Shown here piece by piece: positions 11,502 through 22,800 of a stretch of DNA of 64,000 bases (position 1 is its first letter; every line of letters begins with the position of its first letter). The notes beneath the pieces were generated by a model. That model saw only the letters and a list, made by a program, of their open reading frames with translations. It was not told the DNA's origin and searched no databases. The translations under genes were made by a program, and so were the position numbers. Origin of the DNA: Macrostomum lignano (taxonomy: Eukaryota); NCBI GenBank assembly GCA_002269645.1, contig NIVC01001516.1:1-64000 (forward strand), given 5' to 3'.

Positions 11502-12755
11502 ATTCTTTTTTCTTATGAATTAGGAAAATTCGATTCTGGCTTTTTAAAATTGCTCATGTAAAACGCACGTATTTATTAAAATTAAAATGAGGCTATTCCA
11601 ATACAATGTATAAATTGTCTGTGGTAGTTTCATAAATGAAACTGCATGGCTATCGAGTACTATGTGACGATTAACCGGGAGACTCGAAATCAACTGACGA
11701 AAACAAATACAGCAGAGGCAAATTTTGTAGCAGTAGCACTTGATGATAGTAGCGAATGATGCGGGCGGTGGCCGCAGTTCTTATTTATTGTAAACCGTAT
11801 GAGTGGATAGTTAGGGCGAATTATCAATTCTGTCTGGGTAGTTAATAGAGATGGGCCGGAGTATTTGCTGAATCCGTAAGGGACGCACTGGGCGGCTACG
11901 CAACAATAAGATAGATGATAGATGATAGAGCGAGTCGATGAGCCTGAGGCAATGCAATGGCGACGATGTGATGGCAGTGATCGTGTGGTGGCGGTACTCG
12001 TAGCGAGACAGACGGTACAGACGGTAATGGTGGCGTGATCGAGAATTGGCGGTGGCGGTGGTGTGACTGAGACTTGGCAGAGGCGCGGTTTAGAACTGTG
12101 GCGGAGCGAGAAGACGGGTAAACAAGTAAACAATTAGGGTCTAACCCCCAGCCAGACAGGCCCCCAGCGGAAAAACCAACGTTGATTCAACGTTGTTGCC
12201 CTCCGTTGGCCCTCCGTTGGGCGTGTCTGGAGGAAAATCCGTTGATACAACGGCGGTTTACCAACGGCAGTCCAACTGCGAATCAACGCTATTCCAACGG
12301 TCAAAATATTGTTAGAGGTGCTGATCCACGTGAAATAAAGTATGAAAAAAGCCAATTTTCGCAATCAAATGTGTCATGTCACTCATGTGTCCAAAAACGT
12401 TACATTTTAAAGTTGAGACATTTGGCAAAGATCTATATATTTGTCAAATGAAATTACAGCAAAGCAAAAAAATTTCTCGCATGCATACGCGTTTAAAGTC
12501 TCAGGGTTAGGTATAAGTGTAATCATTGGCAATTATTGCAAACTAAATTACTTGTTTATAGGATGATATGATGGCTTTAACAACGTTTTTTATAAATCAT
12601 TTCTTTATTTTTGAATAATAACTAACTGACTGTGTCCAATGATTGTACTGCACATAAGCTAAGTAGCTAAATTGACACAACATACGATCAATATCCCATT
12701 CTAGCCTGCTGATTATCTCAAATTGTACTGCTCACAGGTTACGACTCCAAACCAG

Positions 12756-13158
12756 TCACTCATCACTGTCAGCGTCGTAAATGATAGGGTCAGGGACCTT
12801 CTGAACGGAACGTCGAACCTTGGCAGGCGGAGGGTCTTGCGATGTGCCAACTCTGGCTGCCGACGCCTGGCTGCCTGACTCCGTCGGACCTTGACGTCCA
12901 CGACTTCGCCCGTCCTTGCCCAGCTTCAGCGCAGCAATGACTGCAAGCTCTACATCGCGGTCTTTTGGACGCTCAGCAGCATCGCGGTACATTGCCTTCA
13001 TCGTCCCTAAAAGTATGTCACAAAAATACAATTATTAAACATAACTGATCTAAAACTAATAGGCCGTCTAATTTTAAAACCTATCAATACGTAAATCAAA
13101 TGAATTAAGAATCAGTATACTCAGTAATTAATTTCGATCATTGAATTTAATGTGATAT

Positions 13159-13200
<42 letters not shown>

Positions 13201-14772
13201 GCGCGCATTGAACTTACGTAGAATACTGGGCAAGAACACCGATCGAAAGGCAAGTTCGGTGTCCCCAAGCTCAGAGCCAGAGAGAGCACCAAGACCCTTT
13301 CCGTTATAATTGACAGCGGCCAGCATCTCTGGTGACAGAATTCGCCTCACCATTCGGCGAATGGTGCTGCCAAGGTCGTCAGCCTTGCAGGGCAGCAGCA
13401 GCCGTGTCATCTGCAAGGGTGCCAATAATTTTATCATACATGTAGATGGACAGTCACGAAGAAATATGGAATATTAATATGAAATAAAATGTGGAATATG
13501 TCAGAGACAATTATATTTTCCAACTATCGTGAAAGCATGCTGTCGGAGGCTTTTTGAAATAATAGACTTTGCAAAAACAAACACTAAACTATTGGATGTA
13601 CATACCCATTCGAGAGCCGGTGGATTTTTGATGAAGTCAATGTAGTCAGGCCAGGTCGCAATCGGCTTCCATTCTGCATCTGCATCAACTGGACCAAATG
13701 TAGTAGCAGCAGCAGCAGCGGCACGCGACATGCACTGCTTCAATTCTGAGATTGTTGTCATGCAAGCTGATGTCCGACGAAGGGTATGGAGCCCCAGGTA
13801 GCACAGTCCGAGAGGCGATGTCAGAGAGACTCCAAGCTTAGCCTCCATTCTAGCCTTCAGCAAGTCAAGCCCCCGGTACCGAAGTTCAATGACGCGACGT
13901 CAGCTGCAGCTGCATTGAAACGCAAGGCTCCTGGCTGATCCGAAGGGCTGAGCAACTCAGCCGCACTCTGCTGTGACCTGCACCTGTCGTTCTGTCCATG
14001 GTGGGGCAGTGATTTGGGCGTTTCCGGTGGAGCTGTTTCAACCGCTAGCTGAGCCGATGGGTTTCTTGTCTCCGGCAAAGGCAACAGCGGCAGCGAGCTT
14101 GGGCTTTGTTGAACTGCCCTGGCGGAATCCTCAGCTTGGGGTAGTCTAACCGACCGTGAGAAGCTTGAGGGCGATCGTTGGCAGTCAGACTCGGACTCGG
14201 TCTGCAGATTCTGAGAATGATTGCGCGCTACTTATAGTAACGTAGTTCGTGAGATCGATTGAATAATAATGACTAATGGTTACAAATGGTTAACATCTTT
14301 CGAAGTTTTAATACACACTTATAGCAACAAAAACGGTTTGTAGCTAACCTCCAAAGGAAGGAATCTTTGCCTCCTGCCATCGGGTACTCGTTTGACCAGT
14401 CCCAAAAGAGTTTGGATTTTGCAGTGCTTCTCGCGCCTGAACGCCCGAAGCCAATTTACCGTCCCAGTGGCGTCATAATCGTCGTCAGGGAGAACCTAGC
14501 GCAAATGCAAAATTACTTAGTGAAAATCAAAAATACCAAACGACCCCCATATACAAGTATGATTATGGGAACATTCAGGGAATAAAGCGTGCAGTTACCT
14601 GAAGAATTGTGCAGTCCCATACTTGCTCATTGTAGTATGCCCTTGCAATAGGCTCGCCAACAAAGTTTCGCCAGTTGTCCAGAGTGAATTTTTGGAAGTT
14701 TTCTAAGAGGACTTCAGTCTCGCTCAATTCGACTATTTCTTTGTCAACGTGAAAGATCACGATAAACTTCAT
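12756..14772 (-). CDS. Transposon accessory protein (DUF4806/BEN-like, TnpA-type), 5 predicted exons
   Basis: Exons 14772-14599, 14495-14349, 14210-13606, 13410-13218, 13006-12756 with GT-AG sites and consistent phases. Motifs GSTIRRMVRRILSPEMLAAVNYNGKG and VELAVIAALKLGKDGR. One unresolved frame change near 13860-13900. Confidence 0.65.
13160..13198. repeat. (CA)n microsatellite
   Basis: Pure CA run inside the last predicted intron of the accessory gene. Confidence 0.95.
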
Positions 14773-15078
14773 GGCTGAAATGAGAAATAGAAATACTCTT
14801 AATAATGGGAATATGTTGGAAATATATACATGACATGTTTGTGACATCAAATAAAGAAATTCATATTGTCTGAAACCAAAATAAAAAAATTGTTATTCAT
14901 ATTATATGTATATTTGTGTTTATATTTATAAACAAGCTGAACACACAAGGAGACATTTAATGCTACAAATAATGAAAAATGTACACTTGCACACCCTAGG
15001 ATGACAGTTGCATGAAAAAAGAAATTGCTATATTGACCAAGACTGACTTAGTACCAGAAGACAATAGTATAATCATAA

Positions 15079-16995
15079 TCAAATAGCGCAACAATAGGGA
15101 ATTACTATATATTCACCTCCAGATGATGGCAACAAGAAGCACTTTCTGCTTGCATTACCAGTAACAACATTACGTGTCACATGGTAAAATCCAATATTCA
15201 GAATTTCTGATGAATATGGACTTGTATACAAAGGATGCGAAAACTTTAACACATGACCAGTTAGGACATTTCCTACTACTGTACTAATGAGTATTGGAAC
15301 TCCATTTACAACTGCACAATTATTTGGAGACTTCTTAGAAAAAAACACAATACTAGCTGGATCACTTGTAAGAGTAGCACGGACATTAAAAAACTGGTGC
15401 AAAATATGCTTAGAAGCAAAGCGGGTAACTGAAATTCGTCTTTTAACATGCCCCAAATAGTTTTCGAAGTCAAATGCAGAAAAATTGTCAAGTTTTCCAT
15501 ATAGACAAACAAATTCATAAAGATGGAGCAAAGTGTGAGGGTTATAAGAAATTGATGCTTCACCATACAATGACTCCATTTCCTTAACAAAAATCTCAAT
15601 ACAACGATGAGCATTTGGTAAGAGAGTCTGGTGGACATCAGAGCAAAAAACATAGATAGAAAAGTGCAAGTGAAGAAAGTGGTCATAGTATTTTTGTGGT
15701 AAAAACTTTCTGAAGAAAAAAGGCCCCAAATATAGCAAAAAGAGTCGAAACTCAGTTGCTTTAAAGTGAGCTAAATTTGTATCAATACGGCGAGGCCTCC
15801 GCTGAAACTCAGCAGGAGTGAACTTGGCATAGCTATCAATAAAATCAGACAGCTCTTTTAACTTTAGTGCTGAAATCTTACAAGATGAACCAAACTTAGA
15901 TGAAAAAAGAAAATTAAAAACTTTTCTACAAACACCTAAACATACAGCATGTTGATAGTCAGGTGGAAAATGAGAATAAAAACCAATATTTTTAATACTC
16001 AGCAAAGGTGTTGAATGCCCTACCTTCTGGTTATTTTCTTTAGAATCAGCATAGCACTGATCAGTTCGCAAAGTACCAATAGAAGATGAAAAAACAATAC
16101 GATTAGCAAAATGTCTACCTTCAGCTTGACAATAACTACATCCCATGCGAGAGTTATGGTTCATAATAGAGCAGATATGAGCATGAGCAGGGGCATCACA
16201 AACAAAAAGAGCACGGACTAACTTAAAATGGTGGCCAAGAACTTGAATACCATTACTAAAAAAAATGTTTAGCTCTTCACAGAAGCGTGATAACAAAATA
16301 TTCAATGATGGTTTACTTTTACCAACAAAAATAGCAATGGGCAATGGACGCAAATAGCCTGATACTTTCATTAAAATTGGCCAAGCTGACATGGAAGAAC
16401 TATTATACAAGGGCATTCCATCTATATTGAAAATGGAATTTACTTTTATGTGCCCAGTTTCAGAATCAGCAATGCATTTTGAAAAGTCAAAATAATTATT
16501 GCTAACACAAAATTCCAAATTTTTGGCCATTGATACATAGAAAAAGTCTCCTTCAGTAGCAATAATAGAATAATAAGAAGAATTAGCAGAATGCTTTTTC
16601 AAGCCATATACAGACTTTGGAACTGAAATACCCTTGCGATTTAAAAAGGCAAGGATCCAAGCCATAGCAGAGCGTGACACATTAAAAAGTATATAAAATA
16701 GAAGCAGTTCTTGCTCAATTGTTAGCTCTGGCGTAGCATCTTCAACTTCAGGTATATCTTGATCCTCTTCTACAAGGTCTTCATCTGATTCACTATTATC
16801 CATTGGATTGCCCTGACTGTTGCCAAGAAAGTCAGTGTCGTATTCTTCAGCTTGAATGAATTCTTCATCTTGTTGATGATTATTGCCTTGGGCTTGATCT
16901 TGGTTAATGGGTTCAGATGCTTTTTGAAGCTGCTCTACTTCAATTTCCTCTAAACAACCCTGAAGCACTTTTCTAGCAAAGTTACGTTTGGACAT
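15079..16995 (-). CDS. EnSpm/CACTA-family DDE transposase, 638 aa, uninterrupted
   Basis: Motifs NIDGMPLY..SAWPIL, CDAPA..GCSYC, DYQHAVCLGV, FQRRPR, FKATEFRLFLLY, YNPHTLLHL, SAFDFENYLG. The ATG is directly preceded by an acceptor-like TTCAG. Confidence 0.9.
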   Translation of the reverse strand: MSKRNFARKVLQGCLEEIEVEQLQKASEPINQDQAQGNNHQQDEEFIQAEEYDTDFLGNSQGNPMDNSESDEDLVEEDQDIPEVEDATPELTIEQELLLFYILFNVSRSAMAWILAFLNRKGISVPKSVYGLKKHSANSSYYSIIATEGDFFYVSMAKNLEFCVSNNYFDFSKCIADSETGHIKVNSIFNIDGMPLYNSSSMSAWPILMKVSGYLRPLPIAIFVGKSKPSLNILLSRFCEELNIFFSNGIQVLGHHFKLVRALFVCDAPAHAHICSIMNHNSRMGCSYCQAEGRHFANRIVFSSSIGTLRTDQCYADSKENNQKVGHSTPLLSIKNIGFYSHFPPDYQHAVCLGVCRKVFNFLFSSKFGSSCKISALKLKELSDFIDSYAKFTPAEFQRRPRRIDTNLAHFKATEFRLFLLYLGPFFFRKFLPQKYYDHFLHLHFSIYVFCSDVHQTLLPNAHRCIEIFVKEMESLYGEASISYNPHTLLHLYEFVCLYGKLDNFSAFDFENYLGHVKRRISVTRFASKHILHQFFNVRATLTSDPASIVFFSKKSPNNCAVVNGVPILISTVVGNVLTGHVLKFSHPLYTSPYSSEILNIGFYHVTRNVVTGNASRKCFLLPSSGGEYIVIPYCCAI

Positions 16996-19880
16996 CTGAA
17001 AAATAATTCACAAGTAAAATCATTTATATCACAATATCTTATAGTAATTGGCAAATAATACTATACTATACTCATACTATATTTACCATGAATAATTATA
17101 AACAATTACATTCTTTTATTTCTATATATACCTGGCACTGCACAGGCACTAGCTAAAGCATATAAATATTTATAGCTAATATATATAGCTATGACATAGC
17201 TATAGTAATATGGCCTACAATACAAAATAGTTATACAAATATAGCAAATATATAACAAGGAAAACACAGCATCTACCTGGCATTTGAGGAATTGATCTAC
17301 ACACACATAGTAGCTAATAATTGATATGTTCCTAGGCTATAGCCCATAAAAGCCCTAAATAAAGTAAAGATATAGTGGGTTAAAGGTAAAGCTATATACT
17401 GTCATGCTTGCTGGGTTAAATTGCAAAGAACAATTAGGCATTGCACTTCTACTGTTGCCAAGCCATGTGTGTTGTGTACATTTATGCAACTAAAAAAAAG
17501 AAAAAACAATTTTGAAACATGCATAGCATGTGAGTTAATCATAATGACATAAAAAGATAGCTAGCCAGCTAATTCAAAAGTGAAGTTTGCAAAGGATCTG
17601 CAATACAAGCCATCCACAAAATAAAACACGTGAGCATGAAAATCGGAGGAAACTATATGCTAAACAGACCATCAAAATAACAAGTATGACAAAAATCCAC
17701 ATTCTCCTGCTCCAAACAGAAATTGCAAAACAATATTGGTACTATATAAAATAGACGTGCGTCGTGATGCTTTGCAACATATAAGTTTATCAAACCAATT
17801 TTGTCTACTAATTATTAACAAAAAACTGCACAGTAGTTGCCAAAAAGAAAACACTTTACATAATACGTACTGTGTAGAGCAAATCCAACTTAGTTCTAGA
17901 GTTATTACACAATTCCCTGACCTCAGTTTTACTCACAGTCTTTTTGGGAAATTTGGTTTACCGTTGAGAAACAACGGCAATTCAACGAAGAGCAATCACA
18001 ACGGTTTTACAACGGTTTCACAACGCACTTCAAAAAATGAAATATTGGCTCAGTAAGCAAAATAAAAGCTTTTTTAATTGCTTACGAGCCATTTTGGGTA
18101 CAAAGACAAACTTTTTTTGTTCCCAACGCTTTTGTGACATACCTCCGTTGAAACACCGTTGGATCAACGTTGTCTTTTCCACTGGGGGACTGATAAAGAC
18201 AGGGCTGGGGGTGGGTGCTCGAGGAGAGCTTAATTTCAGGCTAGCATAATTTATGCGCGGCTTTTGATCTATTGGCCGGCGAGAAAAAACCAACTTGAAA
18301 ACAGAAATTATCGATCGCATTGTACATAGGCTTTACAAACGCACGCAATATTGTTTAAAATTCTTTGGGCATTACTTTAAGCAGACGTTAAAGTACGAGA
18401 CCATTAAATTAACAATATAATACGTCGTAGATTAGCACTGCTTTCACTAAAACGGCCCTTGTCGGGGCTACCTCAACTGACAACGTCACCACTACATGTA
18501 AATCCACAAAATTTTCTTTCTTTGAGAAGTCCGAAGTTATATCCGTTGCAAGTGACAGCACGGGTTCCCAATTGTGGATCCTATTGTTGTTATACATGCA
18601 CATGCATGCGCTACATGTACATGTACGTAGGTACACATAACATGTAGATGCACATGTACAGCTATACCTATAGTAGTGCTGTGTGACGTTTCCTGAGACC
18701 AGAGGGATTCTTTCATTTCTTAATATCTATTCTCACTTGAATTCATGATGAGCTGAATATATGCAGGTTTTTGGTACATGTACATGTATTATGTAACATT
18801 AGTGCAAGTACATGTACGAGTGCCTCAGCTGCAATAGTAATCAATATAATGTGCATGTTCCCTCCTTTAATTATATAAATGCTGATCAACGTGAATAAAA
18901 AAATTGAATAAATTATAAGAAAACATTATAATGCTTTCATTATACAATACAAACAAGGGGACTGACTACTCAACTCCCGTATGAGTATTGAGTTGGTCCC
19001 TACCAACCTAGGTAAAAATAAAATGTATATTAACTTATACCGACCATTTTATACCGACCAGATGCTAAACTCGTTTTTCTCGTACTAATCAATTATTATT
19101 GCGCATCTACGTACTTCGGCATGTTCTCTGACATGCTCCATTATGCTTTTGACCGCTTTTGCTTTAAATACCGCAAAATTAATTTAAAATCGTGCAAATT
19201 CATGAAAGTTCAACAAATTCTCGATTGTATAACAAAAAATTATTATCATGCAGCAAACAAAAATATATAGATTAACTTGTATTGGCCAAACAGGCTGTTT
19301 AGCTCCTGTGGTTTAGCTTGAGCCATATTAGTACTACTTACTAATATGCAATAAAAGTTCTATTATTCTGTTCCATAACAATTAAGGACCACGTATCATT
19401 GATGTGATGAAAAAAGATTTTTTCTATCTCTGGAAGTGTATTTTTCAAGGAAATCGACCTCCTAAAAATTTACACGATCTTAGAGTTCGTGTGATTTTAT
19501 GTACAGTTGGGTCCCTGCCATAACTTTTGCACAAAAAGTATACCCAGACTAAAATAATCATAAAATAAGCGCTACAATAAATGAGCATGACAATTTTTTA
19601 CGCTGCAGTGCATTCGAAATTTATTTAATAAAAAACTAAGTACATTTGGAAAAATTAAAAAAGCATTTTTATTGTTAATTCTTGTACTTCTTTTGTAATT
19701 TTTGTTTTTTCTTCTTTACGTGGGTTTTCGATAATTTAAATGGCGAGATCGACGCACAAATTTTCTAATTTTTGCGCATTTTTTATTTTTAGAAACTTTG
19801 TTGGTTAAGATTCTTTTGTTAAAAAGTCATTTAATGCTTAAGGTCTAGAATAAATTGTTTGCTTCATCGAAAAAAAGTCA

Positions 19881-22800
19881 ATGGCGCAGCCTATACCCAT
19901 AAAATTTCAGGAGCATTTTCAAGTAAGTATTTTGAAACATTAAACAACAATTTGTTTTGTTCACTGAATCATGCGATTTAATTTGTACAATTTTACTGGG
20001 ATTTCGTTTGTGCTTTTTAAAATCTATCACTATTCACATTTTAAGAGTTTCTGTATGTAGAATATAATCATTTCCTTTGCCTTCAACTTAGATATTTCTT
20101 GTGTGCAAAAATAATGCTTGCTTATTAGTTATTTTTCACTTTTTAGACAGCTAGTCAAATACAATATCGATACTTCAAAATTTCCTTAATCATACTATCA
20201 TAGCCTGCGAAAATTAGTATTAAAAATCATCTTTAAACTGTAGGGCCAAATCTAGGACTAGGGAAAGGTCTGTAAAAGCTTAATTTAATTATGCCTTTAT
20301 ATTTTTTAAAAGATTGCATTTTGTAAAAACCAAGTATTATAATAAAGTATCAGAATTGGTTTCAACCCATTTGGCAAATTAATTTTTAGTAAAAGTCAAT
20401 AAAGACAAAAATACTTTAGTTTCACAGTGACCATTTGTCTAAAGCTAGTAATTATATCAAATAATTTGTTAAGATTGACTAGGCCTCAATGAAGAGTTTA
20501 AAAAATTCAAAATGAAAAAAAGAAACTTTATAATAGACTATAAAGATATTATATAGTTATATCTGCAAGCAAGCAAGATTTTCATTTTTAGTATAATAAT
20601 AAGATATATAACAAAATATGTTGTTGCTACGAAGAGCTTGCGTGCACGGCAGCCATTCACGTAAGCTCAGAATTGCGTGCACGGCGGCTATCTACCTAGT
20701 GCTTTATTTGCATGTATGCAGCCGTACACCTAGTGTTGTAATTGCGTGCACGGCAGCCGGCAATTGGCCGGGACTGGGGCCCTTAAATCCACGCATTGGC
20801 ATTGGCAAACCTAATTAAAAAATATTTTTACTATATTGTTTTATAATGTTTTATCCCCCATACACCATGGACTGCAAATGTAATCTTAATTAATTGTTTT
20901 TTTGTTAACTTGAATATTAATTCGAATAGTATATGACTTACTGTATAAGCCTATAAGATATAGCTCTGCCGTGCACGCAATTCTGAGCTTACGTGAACGG
21001 CGGCCGTGCACGCAAGCTCTTCGTTGTTGCTACAACAGAAGTTATTATAATTGTAAATTATTGCAAGTTTTTTTCTAGGAAAGTCATTCCTTTCAAAAGC
21101 ATTATCGCCATTTCAATCAAAGGGTGAAAAAGTTTAGTTACAAGCAAGGTAAAACCATAAATACAAAAAGAATAAAATATTTAATTAATTTCTTATTTAG
21201 TAAGCAACTACACTCAGGAAGGTATACATTATGGCAAAAACTTCTGGCGCACATCAATGAAAAATATGTGCGAAATGGCGCACACGGCGCACAACAAAGG
21301 CTTAGCAGAAGTTTTTAGTGCACAGTTGCGCACAGCAAAACCTGATCAGAAAAATTTAGCTCACAATGAGTCACCTAAATGTATAATCTGCATATGCAGT
21401 GTGTAAAATATGCTTTAAGATTACGTTTTCCAAGCATATCAATAAAAATTGTTGTATCTTGGTAAGTGAAACGAATAATAAAATTCAAAATGGGATTTTA
21501 CCATTAAGACTAAATTAACATTAAGTTAAAGCTATTTCTTTTGAGAATTTTCTATGTGAGCTAAAAAAAGCAAAAGTTTTGAGTTAAAAAAAGCCTACAT
21601 AAGGTACGAAAATTTATCCGTTTTTTTAGTTTTGTTTTAATTGGACTTTTACCGAGTTTTTAGTGCTACGGCGCATTAGTTAGCTATGTATTTGTCAATA
21701 AACAAATGTATACCTCGGCGCACAAATTCATATTTTAGCTTCGCACACAGCGCACACCAAAAATATGCTGAAAAATGTTCCCGCGCACACGTGACACTTT
21801 CCTGAGTATGGGTAAGCAATGCAATATATTATAAACATGAATAGTATAAAAATGTCAAATTTCTTTAAGTTTAGGCATTTGCTACTACTACCTTGGCCAA
21901 ACTAATTCAATTTGCTTAGAGGCAAAATGGTCTATGCCCATGGCCAAAACAATCTATGGGTAAAATAGTCTATAGGAAAGTGGTCTAAAGACAAAATGTC
22001 CATGGTCTAAATTTTTTATGGCAAAACAACTAATTACCCTTTTTATTCAATGTCAATTTTATTATTCAATTAATAGAATTTTTAGATGCCATTCTATTAT
22101 AGTGGGATGTCAAAATATAATTTAGGAACTAGAACTGAAAAACCACTTTATCATTCCTAATCTATCAATTGCACTTTGCATATGCACAATATAGCTATTA
22201 GCTAAGTCATGAGTTTTTAAATTTACTAATTGAAAAGGCAAGTCAAGTCAATGAATAATTTATTAAACCTAAAAAGGCCTATAATCACCAATGTGGTATA
22301 TTTGCAATTATAAATAGCTTATCTTTTTACCAAAGTAGTCATTTTCTTTTGCCAAAAATATGTTTTAATAAACTAAAAATTCACTTTTGTTTAAGTGTCT
22401 TTTGCAAAAAATTCCTTTGCCTAAATGGGCTGCACTTTCAGAATTAGGATATCAATGATATTTAAATTTGGGTATTAGACTCTTTGCAGCTATTGGTGAT
22501 TTTTAAAAAGGGTATTAGATTGGTACTTTTTACCAATACTTTTTTGAACATTGTGCCTAGCACTATATTTAATAATACACTATAAATAAAAACCAATGCT
22601 ATATTTAGCTCTACAAGTTTTCTAATCATAGCAGAAACTAACAATTTTGGATCTATGCCATGTCAATGTGGTATGTGTCAAACTTCTAGTTCTATATTTT
22701 CACATAGTTACTTATGAATTCTAAAACAATTGAACATATAGTCAAACCATAAGCTATGCTAATAGTCATTTTTTATTACTAAATTGGCAATTTGCAAATC

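Larger units (their letters stand above)
12161..18188 (-). mobile_element. Apparently full-length EnSpm/CACTA (CMC) DNA transposon, ~6.0 kb
   Basis: 32-bp TIR CCCCCAGCGGAAAAACCAACGTTGATTCAACG vs reverse complement of 18157-18188 (4 mismatches); many subterminal CAACG/CGTTG repeats; transposase plus accessory gene inside. TSD not resolved. Confidence 0.85.

Noticed and set aside
18955-19015. Imperfect hairpin followed by CTAG, resembling a Helitron 3' end
   Set aside because: The stem is poor, CTAG is not followed by T, and no 5' TC end or Rep/helicase was found.
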